Below, piece by piece: positions 12,170-25,770 of a DNA stretch of 64,000 nucleotides. The DNA comes from Dicyema japonicum. Lineage: Eukaryota > Animalia > Dicyemida. Under the pieces are notes generated by a model. It did not search any database. It was not told the DNA's origin and saw only the letters and a list, made by a program, of their open reading frames with translations. The number at the start of each line of letters is the position of its first letter. The first letter of the stretch is position 1. Where the stretch lies: contig RDEW01000033.1 of the NCBI GenBank assembly GCA_011109175.1, positions 496,001 to 560,000 on the forward strand, in the 5' to 3' direction. A program made the translations under genes and the position numbers.

Positions 12170-14340
12170 AAATACTATGAGTTCAATTCCATCTTCAAGT
12201 TCTTTTTGCAACCATCTGCAAATTGTTTGATTGCAACGCTCCACTTGTCCCTGTGATTCTGGATAAGTAGTAAGTAAGCTATCATAAAGTAAAAGCACTG
12301 TAAATTAAGTGATGGGGAAGTAATATGAAACGGTAGGGTATGCCAACCGACTTCTATCCCCGACAGCCTCCCCAAAAAAATCCGTAAACACAGGGTCATA
12401 TCTGAAGATATGTGCAGATACTTTAGTACGATTTTTGAAACCTCGAATAAGATTTTCGATAGTTCCACCAACCTTGCACATTTTTCCTTAACCATAGGGG
12501 AATTGGCATACGAGGACTTATCTCGTATGCAAGCTTTAGAGCAAAATTTCGCGTTTTCTCAAATTTCTTGAGGATAGAGTCTCTCTTTTTAGAATCGTAC
12601 CATCCTTCTAAACCATATAACATTGCAGGTAGTGTTGAAGACATAAACAAAGGTCTCCGGCTCGAGCTTTATTTTCTAACGCAGTAAAGAGCGTTCGTAG
12701 ATTTTTTCTTTCGTATTTTAGCATGTTCCATAAAATTACCTCCCTCGTCAATTAGGAGGCCAAAATATTTCATAGTCTTCTTCCAAGGTATGTCTTGTAA
12801 CTAGCTCTTTAGGTTATCCATCCTCCTGCTTCCAGTTATCCTCAGCATACCAGACTTCTCATGTGCCACCGAAAGAAAGTTTTCATTGCACCACTCTTCG
12901 ATCTAGTCCATGTACGTCTTCAATCATTTTTCAGATACCAAAGGGTTTAAAGAAACATCATAAATTATGACGTCATCAGTGTATATCAAGATTTCTGTAA
13001 TTGGGTTTTCTGGGGAAGGCAATTCACTCATTACAATGTTAAATAATAAAGGACTGAGCACTGAACCCTGAGGTACATCTCTTCTCAACCAAATTTCACG
13101 AGATTCACAGTTTAAAAAATTAGCAATTGACCGTCTATCCGAGAGCAAACTTTGTATCCAAAAAAGTTCCTTTTCAACCACATTTCGCAAGACAAATAAG
13201 AAGACCAAGATGCCACACACTGTCGAAAGCTTTGGATATATCAAGGCAGACTGCGGTCAAACAATTGACGCGTTAACATTGTACAAACAATCTCCACAAG
13301 ACCAACTTTTTTCGAAAACTCCACTGATGCTCCTTTAGTATATCATTACGTTCTATATTTTCAGAAAGTCTGTTGAATACAATTCTTTCCATAACTCTTG
13401 AGATCGTTGGTATAAGGCTTATGGGCCTATATAACTGGTTGCAAAGTACCCACGTTTCCCAGATTTACTTATCATCCTGACCTCCGTCAATTTCCAATGC
13501 GAAGGTATATGACCCAACCTGATACTGCACGTATAGAGACATCCCAGATATTCATAGAGTACCTTGGGTGCTTCCTTGAATAAACGAATAGCGATCTTGT
13601 TCTTTCCAGGAGCATTGTCTTCAGTGCATTTTACCGCATTTCAACTTCTCCGGCATTTATAGGGCTGTGATGTAGAGGTAAAGAACTAATTATTTTTTTC
13701 AGCTTTTTTTAGAGAACTGAGGGTCAAACGAGACAGTCGCTCATCAGGGTTAACCTGCTGTATTTTAGAGAGTTCATCCCCAAACAGGTTAGGAATTTCT
13801 TATAAAGATACAGGAGACCCATCATGACATTGCAACAGTGGAATTTCTTTTCTGGATTTACGTCCGGTTACTTTATTATAGACTTTCCAAAATTTTGGGT
13901 TTTTTCGATAAAATTCGCTGCACTGAGCAATCCAGAAATTATTTTTCTTAACTTTTTCTAATCTGCATATTTCTTGCGTGACATGAGCCTACGGTCATGC
14001 GGATCAGGACATCGACGTAGTTTGTTTTTCAAGCATTGTTTCCTTTTCAAATGGAAAATTCTTGTTAGCCGAATAGACTGAGTCACTCGAACTCTCAAGA
14101 TCCAACTTGGAAAACTCCGGATTACAAAAATTTCCAAAACGTTCCAAATATATAGCAATGCTTTTTCGGTAATGGTCCCAGTTTATACTTGTCAGATCAT
14201 AGCATACTAGAGCAGGCTTGACCTCTAAAGGAGCTAGGTTGAGTTTATAAAGGATTGGTAGATGATCACTACCAATATATAGGTCGTTCCAAAGGGAACA
14301 TTATGTTGTTATAGAGGAACATTTACATTTTGTTATGGTT
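12170..14340 (-). mobile_element. Decayed APE+RT LINE (I/Jockey-group-like)
   Basis: GSDHLPI (about 14250-14271), YRPISLIP, VPQGSVLSPLLFNI, YTDDV; many frameshifts. Confidence 0.8.
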
Positions 14341-14778
14341 AAGGGAGATTCCGCAGATGAAACAAAAATAGTTTCAAAATCAAAAATTAAAAAAATTAAT
14401 ACAGTTTATTTGTCCGACACTAAAGAAGTTATTGATTTTTTAAAATCGTTTTGTATTAAAATTTTGTTATGATCATTCAAATTTAAGGTTTAAGGTTGTC
14501 AAAATTATTCTAATTAAAATGTTCTCTATCCAATTCGTTTCCTCTTCCAGCAACTATGGGAGTAAACCCAATTGCACAGTCCTTTTCTTCACTCACACTC
14601 TTCTCTTGAATTTCTTCATAATCAGACCGAGAGTAAATATCCTTAAGGTTTTTACAAACACTTTTGGACGGTAGCATTTCGTAAAATAAACCAGTTTCAT
14701 CGACATCACAAACATTTTGAGCTCCGTAGAGATTGATTTTATTTTTGATTAATTCAATAAAATCTGATACCACATTAG

Positions 14779-17154
14779 CAGGGTTGTTAAAAATCATGAT
14801 TTTTATGAAAAAATCGACAAAATCTGATTTTTTGAATTAAATGATTTTTATTCGGAAACAAAGTAAAACAAAAACAATGAAAATCGTATTTATTTATTTA
14901 AAAGCTTGTAAACAAAGACAAGTTAGGCAGCTTTTTCAATTCCCAGCCTATTTCGTACATTTGAATGAAGAATCCAAAAGTCGAAAAAATTCGTTTTATT
15001 CCACCTGTGGAAGCAACTGCTCCAAAAATTTTTTTTGCAGAGTGAAATTACTTCAGAAGGTAACTGGTAAGAGTTCGACTCCCACCAAGCTATAGGTGAT
15101 ACTTTGCTCAATAAATTCGGAGCGAACATGTATAGTTTGAATGGATCAGCTTTTGCTCTGAAATTAATCAGAGTCGGAAGAGCATATGCATAATGTTCAG
15201 CACAATTCTCCAAGGCGATGTCAATCTCAGCAGTTGAAAGAGATCTCCCACAACGTGTTGGGTCCATTAGATTCGCAAGTAAGCGGAAAGGTGGTAATGC
15301 TTGATCTGCTTGAGTTTTTACTTTTTCTAAAATAGTCGTACATTCATATAAGTCTGTTCAAGTTCTTTCCAAATTTCTACAGCATGACCTATCGTCGTAG
15401 AATCATTTTGAATTTTGTCAAAAGCGACAGCAATTGGTTTAATCAGCCGCAGATATTCTTTGTCGTACACACGATCGAGCAATTGACCACCAATTTGATG
15501 ACGAGATGATAAACGATACCCAGGAAGAAGCATTTGGACAAATTTGACAAATTTCAGATGTTCTACAGCAGCAAAAAGAGTGTTACTGGAATATATGTAT
15601 CTATACCATTTTCAGTTCAATTCTGACATTTTTTATATCAATTTTGACTTTGTTTATCATAGTTGATCCAAATACGATTTGTGATTTATTTTATATTTCT
15701 TGATTCGTTGTTCTTGTACCAATTTTATGTCAAGAAAAAATTCAAGAATATCAGAAGCTTCGAGAAGAGCACTTATAAATAAAGATGAAGAGGGTGGCGA
15801 TTATATACAGCTTGCTCGAGATCTTGGAGTCAAGAGGACAACAACTATAGCCATCGTAAAAAGTGGAAATCCGTATGTTTGTAAACGTGGAGGTAGAAGA
15901 GATGCTACAATTAAACTTACTGATGATATGAATGTGACAATTGAAAAAAATTGAGAATAATCCATCGATAACATTGAAGGAAATACGAACATTGGTAAAT
16001 AATAAAGTTTGTATTGCGACAATATATAACCGACTTGATGGTTGATTACCTACAAAATGCTGCAAAAGAACCAATTTCCAGGAATAGTCTGGAAAATATA
16101 GAAAAAGAAAAATATTTGCATTGGATTATCAACGTAATACAAATAGAAAAATACATTTGGACGAAACAAATTTCAATCTCTTTACATTAAAAAAATTCGG
16201 CCGATCCCATATAGGATCACGTGCGATAGTTCCAGTAAGGGCAAGCAAAGGGGTGAATCTCAACGTTATTTTAGCAATTGATGACAACGGAACAATTGTG
16301 AAAATTGAATCACACATTGGATCTATAAAATCGAAATTTATCAATTTTATGACGGCATTATCTGACAGTTTAGCTGGAGAGGAACTTATTATTTATATGG
16401 ATAATGCTCCAATCCATAAAAAACAAGGAAATTTTGAAGATATTTGAGTAGAACATACCATACGAAGATTTGATGCACCATATTCTCATCAACTTAATCA
16501 TGTGAAGGCTGTTTTTCCATTCTTAAGGCTGGGATAAAAACGTATTATCACAACAATCCCATAATGATGTTATTGCAGCAGAAATGGAACCCTGACCGAA
16601 TTTCGAGCTCAATTACTGCAAAATGCTTTGGACTATTCATTAACACATCTAACGCGGGAGAAAATAAGACATTTTTACAGGAATGTTGAAAACATAAATG
16701 GAAATTGTACGCTTGGATTCCATTAAGTTGTTAATTAATATTGTTAATTGCATTGTCAAAGATGAATATTGCTTTGACAAAATAAATTTAAAAAATGTCA
16801 GAATTGAACTAAAAGTGGTATTTTCTTAGATGACGTCATCGTAGTAACGAAATTGATTAAAGGCTGGTCCTTCATCCTTGGGAGGAATTCGCTGATCAAA
16901 TTATTTTCAGGTTTCGATGGATTTTCAGGGATATCAATATTAGTTCGACATAACAAATGATGCTGCCTCATCCGAGGTACGAGACCTTGTACCTCCTTCC
17001 CGCAATTACGGCATCTGGCTCGACTCCCGGTCTTTCCAGGAATAATACGTTTATCGAAGTGAACCTACAAAGCGTCACGGTCTCTTCCGGACATTAAAAA
17101 ATTTAAATGATTTTTTTTTGATTAAAATCAAATGATTTGCATCTAACAACCCTG
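14779..17154 (-). mobile_element. hAT transposon with 8-bp TSD, decayed transposase
   Basis: TIRs CAGGGTTGTTA and TAACAACCCTG; TSD CACATTAG at 14771-14778 and 17155-17162; BED finger ARCRNCGKEVQG..QHHLLC; C-terminal PIAWW..RNRLGIEKA. Confidence 0.9.
15606..16818 (+). mobile_element. IS630/Tc1-like transposon, decayed, nested in the hAT
   Basis: About 30-bp TIRs (CCAttttCAGTTCAATTCTGACATTTTT, 2 mismatches) flanked by TA; LDETNFN, IYMDNAPIHK, APYS..LN motifs. Confidence 0.88.
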
Positions 17155-18092
17155 CACATTAGGGTCAAAATTTAAAGTTGCAGATTCTCCATGCATATTT
17201 CGTAACTTCAAACCATTCCTCTTTAACAAGCCACCCATTGCTTCCTTTGAAATCAGTGATCTCTCGTTTTGATGAAAATGCTTTGGCTTTCTCAGTAATA
17301 ATTTAAGCGTTCGAAATGGCTCTTTTAACATCCATTGAATTAACCAAAAAAATCGTATCATAATCGATTTCACTAAACTTTAAATATTCTTTGCGATAAA
17401 TTTCAGATCGTGAGTTATTCAACATAATTTCAGATCCTCATTTACTTTTCAAATCATCAACAGATCTAAGAGAAATAGGTGCATTACATTTTTTGAAAAA
17501 AATTTATGAAATTTTCATCCAAGATAATTCAATATTCGTTTCAATAAACTTTAAAATGGCAATTTTTTGTTTGTTTTTTAATCGTGTACAGCTACGTTTC
17601 ATGAAAACAACAATAAACATTGACAACGTGATAATAAGTTAATTTACCTATAAAATTATTTAAAATTAAAGGACATGACGGATTCGAGAAATTTTGTTAG
17701 AAAAATGGCGGATTAGAGAATTTATTAGTTATAATTGGCGGATTCGAGAGACTTTACTGTACATAAATTTTTAAAAAATACGATATGTGCGCTTCGCGCT
17801 CGCGATATAATATGTCACGGTCCGTTGGTGGTCCCGACTGCAACCAAATTATTATTTATAAATAAAAGACGATCGTGGACCAGCGACGGCATAGACACAG
17901 CAACGGAACTTTATATTGAGATGAGATGGCACAAGTCGAGAAATAGCTTCCCAAAAGAATGTGCTAGTTTTCTAGAGGGACCCCCTGCTAGTTTCTATCA
18001 ATACAAGACACTAGAGTACATTAAAAATCAGTTTAAATTAACTTTTAGAGCTTTACTATTAAAAATGACAATAATTTTAACAAAAAATAAAA

Positions 18093-18476
18093 TTATCTCC
18101 TCACAATAGTTTTAAGTTGATTTCTAGTCATTTTCTTCAATTTTCGAGGATTTGTGATCTAAAATGACTTACAATAGTTTACTGGTTGGACAACCTTCAG
18201 ACTTAAGTTCGTTGGCTTCTCTTCTCTTCCTATTATCAATAATAGTTTCTCTCCTAATTTTCAATCTGGACATTCTGTCCTCCTTTAAACTTTGTTCAAG
18301 CTGTTTGACTTGAGCCAAGTGAGCCTTCAGTTTATTCTTTTTCTCCAGAGACATCCTCACTCCTTTGCCAACAATCAATGCAGAATGGCTGACGTCTTAA
18401 TAAATGATTACCGATGTAGAGCTGGAGTTTTCCACGTTCTGCCAGACTTTGGTATTCCTCGTGGAACTTTGTTCAT
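18093..18476 (-). CDS. CCDC86: CCDC86/Cgr1 nucleolar protein; introns 18389-18411 and 18159-18182; one +1 indel near 18195
   Basis: RGIPKSGRTWK..RRETIIDNRKRREANELKSE-VVQPITNPRKLKKMTRNQLKTI matches the Cgr1 family. Confidence 0.8.
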
Positions 18477-18656
18477 AAAGACCACAACAAAAAGAAAACT
18501 ACACGTTTATTAATTAAATTAAAAGTTATTTTATTTTAAAAAATTTATAATTAATTAAATTAAAATTGATTATTAAAATTGATTATTATAAAAAACAAAA
18601 TTATTAAAACCGTATTTTCTTCCCTCTCTCAAGTGGAAATTCATGCGGCATATCCA

Positions 18657-18695
18657 ATCTGGTTCCCGGGGTTATTAAAATAAATAAATAAATAA
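18657..18695 (+). repeat. 39-bp tail-only retroposon insertion with 8-bp TSD
   Basis: catatcca at 18649-18656 and 18696-18703 flanks ..cccggggttattaaaataaataaataaataa. Confidence 0.65.
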
Positions 18696-19194
18696 CATAT
18701 CCATCTCCAGTCTCCTTTCAGAGGCGGAGACGTTGAGAAATGGTTAGAGTTTCCTAAGTTTCTGAATGAGCTATAAAACCCATTCAGAGAAATGGCGATC
18801 CATGCAAAGGAATTCAGATCGACCATAAAGATGTGTACTCCGATAGAATTCCTCTGTAAATGCAAAAGAAGGCACTTCCGGAGGGCAGTCAGGTCGCTCA
18901 GTAGACTTGGCATGTATTGGTAGAGTTCCATGAGGTAATCTATAACTGGTGCGACGTTTAGTATTTTGCGAAGCGTGAAGTGGAAGTCTGTTTTGAGAAT
19001 CTCAATATGATTCTAAGGCATCAGGTTTAATCACCCCAATTTTCTCTGGGTCGATAACGAGAGCGGAGCAATTTAATGACAAGCGTATTCAATCTTCAAA
19101 AAATTGTTATATAAAATTCCAACGATGAGATGAATAAGGAAGAATGCGAAACAGCCTTATTTTTTTTGGATCCTCGAGGTCGCCAGGTCAACCT

Positions 19195-19595
19195 TCTAAT
19201 TATTATTATTACCACTTTCACGAGAGCCATAATATTTATAGCCCACATGTGCAGCAAAAATATAAAAGAAAAAGTTAGCTTCTTCCAGGCTTTTCTGCTC
19301 TTAGCCAGATCCCTCAGTATGTCCAGGACGTCGCCTGATGACAATGTTTTTTTACGACTTTCAGGTCGTTTTGTAAAACGGACGTGTCCAAAAAAGTCTC
19401 CAACTAGAGCTAATGATCTCGGTAGTAATGGTGCACAGTCACACTTATTGTACAATTCTTTCCGCGAGATCTTAATGGCCAGGACATTCCAGTTATACTT
19501 CTTAGATGATTCCTGTGAGACGAGTCTAGCCTCTCTACTTCCTCCAGAGTTGTATAGGAAAATTGGTTTGATAAAGGTGTCGTATAACATTATCC
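19195..19595 (-). mobile_element. RTE-like LINE 3' fragment with (TAA)n tail
   Basis: LYDTFIKPIFLYN..FFGHV..LRDLAKSRKAW; same family as 48477-48809. Confidence 0.75.
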
Positions 19596-19781
19596 TTTGT
19601 TTTGTGTTATCCCCTTTCCGTTTTAGCCATAGGTTTTTCTCCGTATAATATCTTCACTATCTCCTAGTAGGGAGCCAAGTTTTTTGTGTGTTTCGATTCG
19701 AAGTAATAATATTTAATTAATAAAAATAATTTTTTAATAATATTCGTTAAATATACTGACTGTTTTTTATAGCAACAGAAT

Positions 19782-20066
19782 ATGGCTTTCTTTGGGATCA
19801 CTCAGCTTGGAGTGCAAAACATATTTAAACACGCGTCATGTGAGGAATGTAATGGGAAGATGGATTTGAAAATTAATAAGAAACTAACTGAAGCTCAGAA
19901 TATTGGAGACTTCTATAGTGAAAAGTCTATATGCGATCAATATCCATGGGCTTATGTGAAAAGGGCTATTTCATAAAGGAAAGTGAAATGACGAAGTAAT
20001 TGTATTCTGTATAATAGATTTGTAAATTCAATGGCAAAAACAAATAAGGAATTTAGTTTATTTTAA
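19782..20066 (+). CDS. TEX49/SPMIP11-like microtubule inner protein; intron 19996-20017; one -1 indel near 19965
   Basis: MAFFGITQLGVQN, KLTEAQN, YPW and, after the indel and intron, KESEMTKFVNSMAKTNKEFSLF* match recalled TEX49 motifs. Confidence 0.7.
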
Positions 20067-21214
20067 CTAATTAATCATTTATTTTAAATAATTAATCATT
20101 CAAATAAATAAATAATAAAATTAAATCATTTACTTATATAAAGACTAATTTTTTTTTTTAAATAAAAATTTATTAAGGTAATTAATAAAAATTAAATTAA
20201 GGCATCTGAATGGCCATGCTATTTCCCCTAATTAAGATAGAAAAAACCAGTGTGTGATCGTTTTAAAGGCTATTGGGAAAAAGACCCTTCCTGTGACTAT
20301 CACCATCTGATTTTGATCATTGCTTCGGCCATAAAATACGCTTGATACTTCTGGAGACTTTTTTTCCTCCTCGAGAATTGACCAAATCAACTCATTCAGG
20401 CGGAATGCCTTGATATCACACGAAGGAGCATCATTGTTGAGCCAAATGACTTATGCAGTGTTGAGCTTTCTTTGTGACGAGAAGATAACATTGTCTACAT
20501 TTATTCCAAAAGTCAGGAGGAAATCGAAAATGACTAAATAATGCATTTTACGATGAGCCATATTAGCTATCGCTCCTCCCAGACAGGATACACACTTTGA
20601 CAGTGTTGGGTGTGAGTCCTTTGGTAGACGACCAGGTTCCGCAGTGAAATGTTCACTGATGAGGGCGTCACTCGTCAAGCCATAGCATCATAGCGTTGAA
20701 CCATCAGTCGGAATTTACAGCATCGAGATTCGAAATAGGGGCATCAGGCCTTTTTCCAGCAAGCGCTGCACTGCGTGTCACGGCTTAAATATCGGGATTT
20801 GTGTTCCATTAAGAATAAGAGATGGCGGAGAGTTGGTCAGCCTTCTATCTGAGGTAAATATCGCAATCACGATTTTTCAGCAGTTATGAGCAATGACTTT
20901 CTCTTTGGCCACCTGCTTCTGTGGTCGAAAAGATCTTGCAGTTGTCCGGAGTCTGAGTGGACACATCAATATTTAGATTCATGGATTGTATCGCTTATGT
21001 CAGAATCACACAGTGAGGTATGGGTGGATCATAATGAGTTTTTATAAGGTTTCTGCCGAGGGGTGGTGGATATTCACCTGTAGGAAGAAATTGTTTTTCA
21101 GTCATCATAATTTTCAGTATATGGGGAAACTTTCAGATGGTTCTCAAGTCCGTTACTGCTTACTGAGATATTATAGATCAATGTTAAGGCAGCAATAACA
21201 TAAGGGCCCACGTT

Positions 21215-21490
21215 TTTGAGGATTAAATTCGGTATACTGCCTGGACCGAAAGAATAGATGTTTTAGCCTTTAGATACACCTCCAAATTCCTTTGTGTGGT
21301 CGATTAACGTAGAAAGAGACCCATTTTGGATGCAGGCCACACATTAGACGTCCCCTGAGTTAGGTGGATCCAATGACGTCTCTGGGAATTGAAAGCAAAA
21401 AGCAGAGGAATCTTTAACCAAGTAGATAGCGATGTGAGAGCCAAACCCACAGCTAGATGCAACGCATGCGACAGCAATAACCACTAGCCT
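21215..21490 (-). repeat. SINE-superfamily copy with tRNA-like head
   Basis: ggctagtggtt head, cgctatctac (shared with the 40588-40895 copy), gacgtcattggatccacc core. Confidence 0.6.
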
Positions 21491-21949
21491 ATTTAGTCCT
21501 TAGTATTTTGTTAGGTTCATTCATTCTCATTTTTTTCCATAAAAATAATTTAATTAAGACTCAAAAAATAAGTATATACGATCAAGTTCTCTTGATTGAG
21601 AGCACATTCCCTCTAACGATTTGCATAGAAACGAGCTCAATTAGCCATCCTTCTTATCGACTGTTACTTTTCTTTTCACTCTAAAAATCGCATAGCACGT
21701 AAAAAAGAAGCGATTTGAATAATATGATCCCTAGGCTTTGTCTGCTACGGGCTTGAAGGTGAATTGTTCTATTAAAGTCGCATATTTTTTGATGATCTTG
21801 GCTCTTGCTGAGGCCGATCCCGACCCGACTGAGTTTGATAAGAAGTCAGCCACACAAGTAGAGTCATGCAAAATATTTCCTTACAATGGAAGAGTCGTCA
21901 CGGTAAAATATTCAAATATAAACATAATTCTTAATAAAAATCACAAAAA

Positions 21950-23691
21950 TTAAATCCTAGTCTTCTTTCTACTACCAATCTTCGTCTGTCCTTTCCTTTT
22001 AGTCCCCTCATCCAGTAAATCAAAATTAGAAGCATCACGTTGTGTCGTTTTAAGCATATTTCTACATCTCACAATATGACTGTCCACGTTACTGTCATCA
22101 AACGCCTCCTCCAGTTTAACCTTCTTCAAATGTTCCTACAATAAATCACCAACCAACGTTAATAAACTCCATTTGACCATCCACTACATTAATCAGGGCA
22201 TCCTTATCGTCCTTAGTCACAAACGACTCCACAGCCTCAATCAGACCCTTCTCAGTCAGCACTCCCAGCCTCTGACCAGAGGAGTCAGAATCAACCGCCT
22301 ATATCAAACAAATTGGGTACCGTCTCCAAAAACATTTGCCTTACCATATCAATGATACTCTTACTGACCACGTGCTGATGACTCACTCCGAATTAAAATT
22401 AGCAATACCCAGCTTTCCTTTGATCCCCACAGTAGACTTCTTGGGCCTTATGAAAGTGATCATTTCCTTGGGGTTGGCCACCGAGTCGAAAAACTGCTGC
22501 GCCAGTCTTAGTAAAAACAAAAAAAACACCTGAATGTCGAAAATGATTCGAATCCCCCGCTAAGGTCCACTCTCAGCCTCATCAAAGGAATCATCCCTTT
22601 GTCTACTATCAGTCAATGGAGTACCCTTCTCCAATCTCTGCAGAAGTAACTTTATCTGCGATTTCACAAAGGACTCTATCTGGGGAATGCTGTCGGTAGG
22701 ATCAAAGAAGTTGTTCAAATAGATATTCTCAAAAATGAATGGACGAACCGTCTTCAAAGGGATCTTCTCCAGCTTGAAGTCTCGTCCAGTGACCTGATTG
22801 GGCAGTCAATCATACCTTAAGTAGACCCACGTGTTTAGGGGATGCCTCTCCCTCGGAAAGAGCTGTGGCGATTGAAGATCCTGGCTGAGAAACATAAAAT
22901 CCTTTGGAACCATTCAGAACAGGGTCAATGAGACACTCGTGCTCATGTCCCCAAATCACAAGGTCGAGAAAATCCTCGAGGACTGACTCAGGAATGTAAT
23001 TCTTTAACCCATGAGGCACGTGGTTTTGATGAATCACAAAAATATTGAACCAATCGTCAGTATTAGCACTAGGACGGAGAAATCTCACTTTCTGCTGGTC
23101 AAAGACCCTCCGTAATCTCTCGTCTCTGACAGAACCGAGGCCAAAAATGGAGAGTTTAGTCTTCCCCTTTGTGAATAGCAGAGGGTTGACTAAGATCTCC
23201 CCCAATTCTTCCGTCGCACCAAAGTAGTTTAGTAAGCCAACAGAATGAAGGATATCCAGAGAGGATAGGTTTTTCTGTCCGGTTGGGTCGTCGTGGTTCC
23301 CTGGTTGACTAAATATTGAGACAAACCGTGTATTGAGAATATTGGGTAGGACACGTTTATGTTGGGATCAGAATAGTTCGCCCAACTGAACCTTGCTCGT
23401 GCAAAGTTGACATTCTGATCACTCAAAATGTTGAAATGACACTCTTCTGGTCCGAAACAGTACTTTCTTATTAGATCGACTGCCTGATGGAGGGAGTTAC
23501 AAGAAGGTCTGTTGTCGTGGAACAAATCACCACCAAAAAGGATAAAATCAACATTAAATTTTACGGCAAGTTGTAAAATTTCCTCAAATGTTCGAAAAAC
23601 TGTCATCACCTCGTATGGGATCCTTCTCACAATATCCCAAATGAATATCTGTGGCCACCAGAATGTTGAATGTGTCAGCTTCACTAATCAT
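21950..23691 (-). CDS. MRE11: MRE11 nuclease; introns include 23301-23326, 22794-22815, 22507-22529; +1 indels near 23597 and 22598; 3' exons not fully resolved
   Basis: ILVATDIHLG, GGDLFHDN, SIHGNHDDP, HQN, IWGHEHEC, QPGSSIAT, KTVRPF, PLMRLRVD. Confidence 0.93.
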
Positions 23692-23806
23692 ACCAATAAC
23701 AGAGAAAAAACTTGCCGCCAATATTTTATTAGAATTTTAATTAAAATAATAAATTGGTTTATTTTAATATAAACTTAAAGGTTCGAATTGATTTAAAGCT
23801 TACTCA

Positions 23807-24100
23807 GGCCAGATAGCATAATTGGTCAGAGCTGTAACTTAAGTGGCTGTGAGTTTGATTTCCAGACAGCTACCTACCTGGTAAATGATACCGCTCTGTT
23901 CTGTACTCTATTCAAATCCTAAGAGGTGTCATGTGATCCACCTCTCTAAGGGGACGCGCAATGCTTGGTGGCATCCAAAAAATATATCTCACCCCTACTC
24001 CAGTAGAGAGCTTCTACAGTGACCTCTACTCTAGTAAACGTGATGCATGGAAAGGATGCATCTCATTCAGATCTATGGAACTTAATATAACTTTAACAAA
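23807..24100 (+). repeat. SINE-superfamily copy with A- and B-box-like motifs
   Basis: TAGCATAATTGG and GAGTTTGATTTCC, then gaggtgtcatgtgatccacc and cccctactccagtag core blocks. Confidence 0.65.
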
Positions 24101-24469
24101 GGAAAGTAAAGAAGGTATTAATTTGAGGCACCACAAGTCATGTTCTAGCTTGGAATCTCTTCTGCGCCTTCAGACCCCTCTTATGGTTTATTTTGTGCTG
24201 CGATATACAAATTAATGGTGGCATCTCTTTTTATGAAGTTTGCTATCCTTCTCTCTGCGACATTACTAACAAGTCTTCATCAAACTTCTCGTCGAGTCTT
24301 TTTCTTAGGGTAATTTTGATCCCTGCTTTCCTCGAATTTTCAAAAAGCAAGATAAAACGCTTTTTTATGCAGTGTAATACCATCCTTCTAGTCCATAGAG
24401 GACTGATGGAACGATCTTGCGTGAAAAATAAATGAACACATATCCGTTTCGAGTCTTAATTTTCTCATA

Positions 24470-25150
24470 CACTAGATCGCAAGGTGGGCTTTCTTCCTTC
24501 CGAGTTTAAAGGCACATAGTGTACTCCCAGTTTTCTCAAAAGCCATTCCGTGAAACCTCAGGGATCTCACAGTGTTGATTCCGCATAGGGAGTTTTGCTG
24601 ATTTCCATTTCGGCCGAAAAACTTCAATGCACTAGATTTTTTCTGACAGTTTTGATCCTTGGAGACCGCACCAGTCTTTGATCTCTTCCATATACACATT
24701 GAGTCTCCTCTCCAAGATCATACTCGATCTCGGCACATCAGACAGTAGCACGTCGTTCGCATGTATCAGAAATCTTGTACTAGGTGACCTCGGAGACGGG
24801 AAACAAACCATTAGGACATTAAACAATAGAGGGCTCAAAATTGATCCTTGTGGGACTCCTCTCTTCATTAATATCAAATTTGAAAAATAGCGTCCGCATC
24901 TAACATAGGACTTGCTTCCTTCTAGGTACACTGTCACAAAATTCACTAGTTCCTTCGGGCTTCCCGTCCGAGATAACTGACCGATTATGGATATGTGGTT
25001 AACACTGTCAAAACTTTAAATGTCGAGACATGACATTAAAGAAACATTTGGAATCTCTGGCTTTGCATACTCGGAGTTTAAGATGAAATAGGGGTCCTGG
25101 ACGAAAACCAAATTGATCCTTTCTGAAATAGTCTTCTTTTTTCTAGCAGA
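24470..25150 (-). mobile_element. LINE RT fragment (family of 12170-14340)
   Basis: LDISKSFD-like motif and GVPQGSILSPLLFNV. Confidence 0.75.
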
Positions 25151-25537
25151 TTTGAAAGCCTCCAGAAAAAAAATTTCCATTATTTTTGGAATTGGGCGAG
25201 TCGGGCTTTACTCAGAATCTTTAGTAATTTTCGGATTTACCAAAAAAACTTAGGAACATACACTAAGTTGTCCCTGATATAATTGATATGGTGTTGCCTA
25301 TTAGCTGGATAAGTCATTTGGTTTCACGGATGCTGTTACATCTGTGTTTGCCTAGATTTTTGAGGAAAGATAAAGACTTCCTAGTAGTCTCGACAGCACT
25401 CGAAATGAACGTGAACCGGCTGAGGAGCCACTTTTATTTCTTTCCTTTAGTTTTCTCCGTTTTTTCTGCAACCTAGTTTCTGGTGATGTAAGTAAGAGAT
25501 AAAAAGTCGACACAGATGACGTTCTGTGGCTGCCCCT

Positions 25538-25770
25538 GGCCAGGTAATATAGTGGTTAGTGCTGTCCCTCGCGTTGCGATTTAATTCTCACACAGAATTT
25601 TTTTCTGCTCTTCATCTTCTCTAAAGTTATAAATAGCGTCATGGGATCCACCTGACTCGGCATCCACAAAGAATCTTTCTTTCCTATCCAGTGGAGGTGT
25701 GCACACATGGATGGATATGATACTTGGAAAAATGCGTCCACTACGACCGGGGGTTACTTTATAAATAAAA
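25538..25770 (+). repeat. SINE-superfamily copy
   Basis: ggccaggtaatatagtggttagtgct head, gcgtcatgggatccacc core, ccgggggtta..aaataaaa tail. Confidence 0.7.

Larger units (their letters stand above)
14400..17759 (-). mobile_element. pogo/Tigger-like transposon (deletion derivative) interrupted by a hAT element
   Basis: TIR CAGTAAAGTCTCTCGAATCCGCC next to TA at 17760-17761; three cggatt(c/a)gaga subterminal repeats; CENP-B HTH (KGSNGW..HGESA) continues across the insertion into DETGLF. Left end not found. Confidence 0.75.

Noticed and set aside
17010-17040. B-box-like gctcgactccc suggesting a tRNA
   Set aside because: It is the antisense of the hAT BED-finger coding sequence; no cloverleaf.
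17781-17796. gcgcttcgcgctcgcg as a Helitron/Helentron terminus
   Set aside because: Isolated GC-rich motif; no matching end or Rep/helicase remnant.
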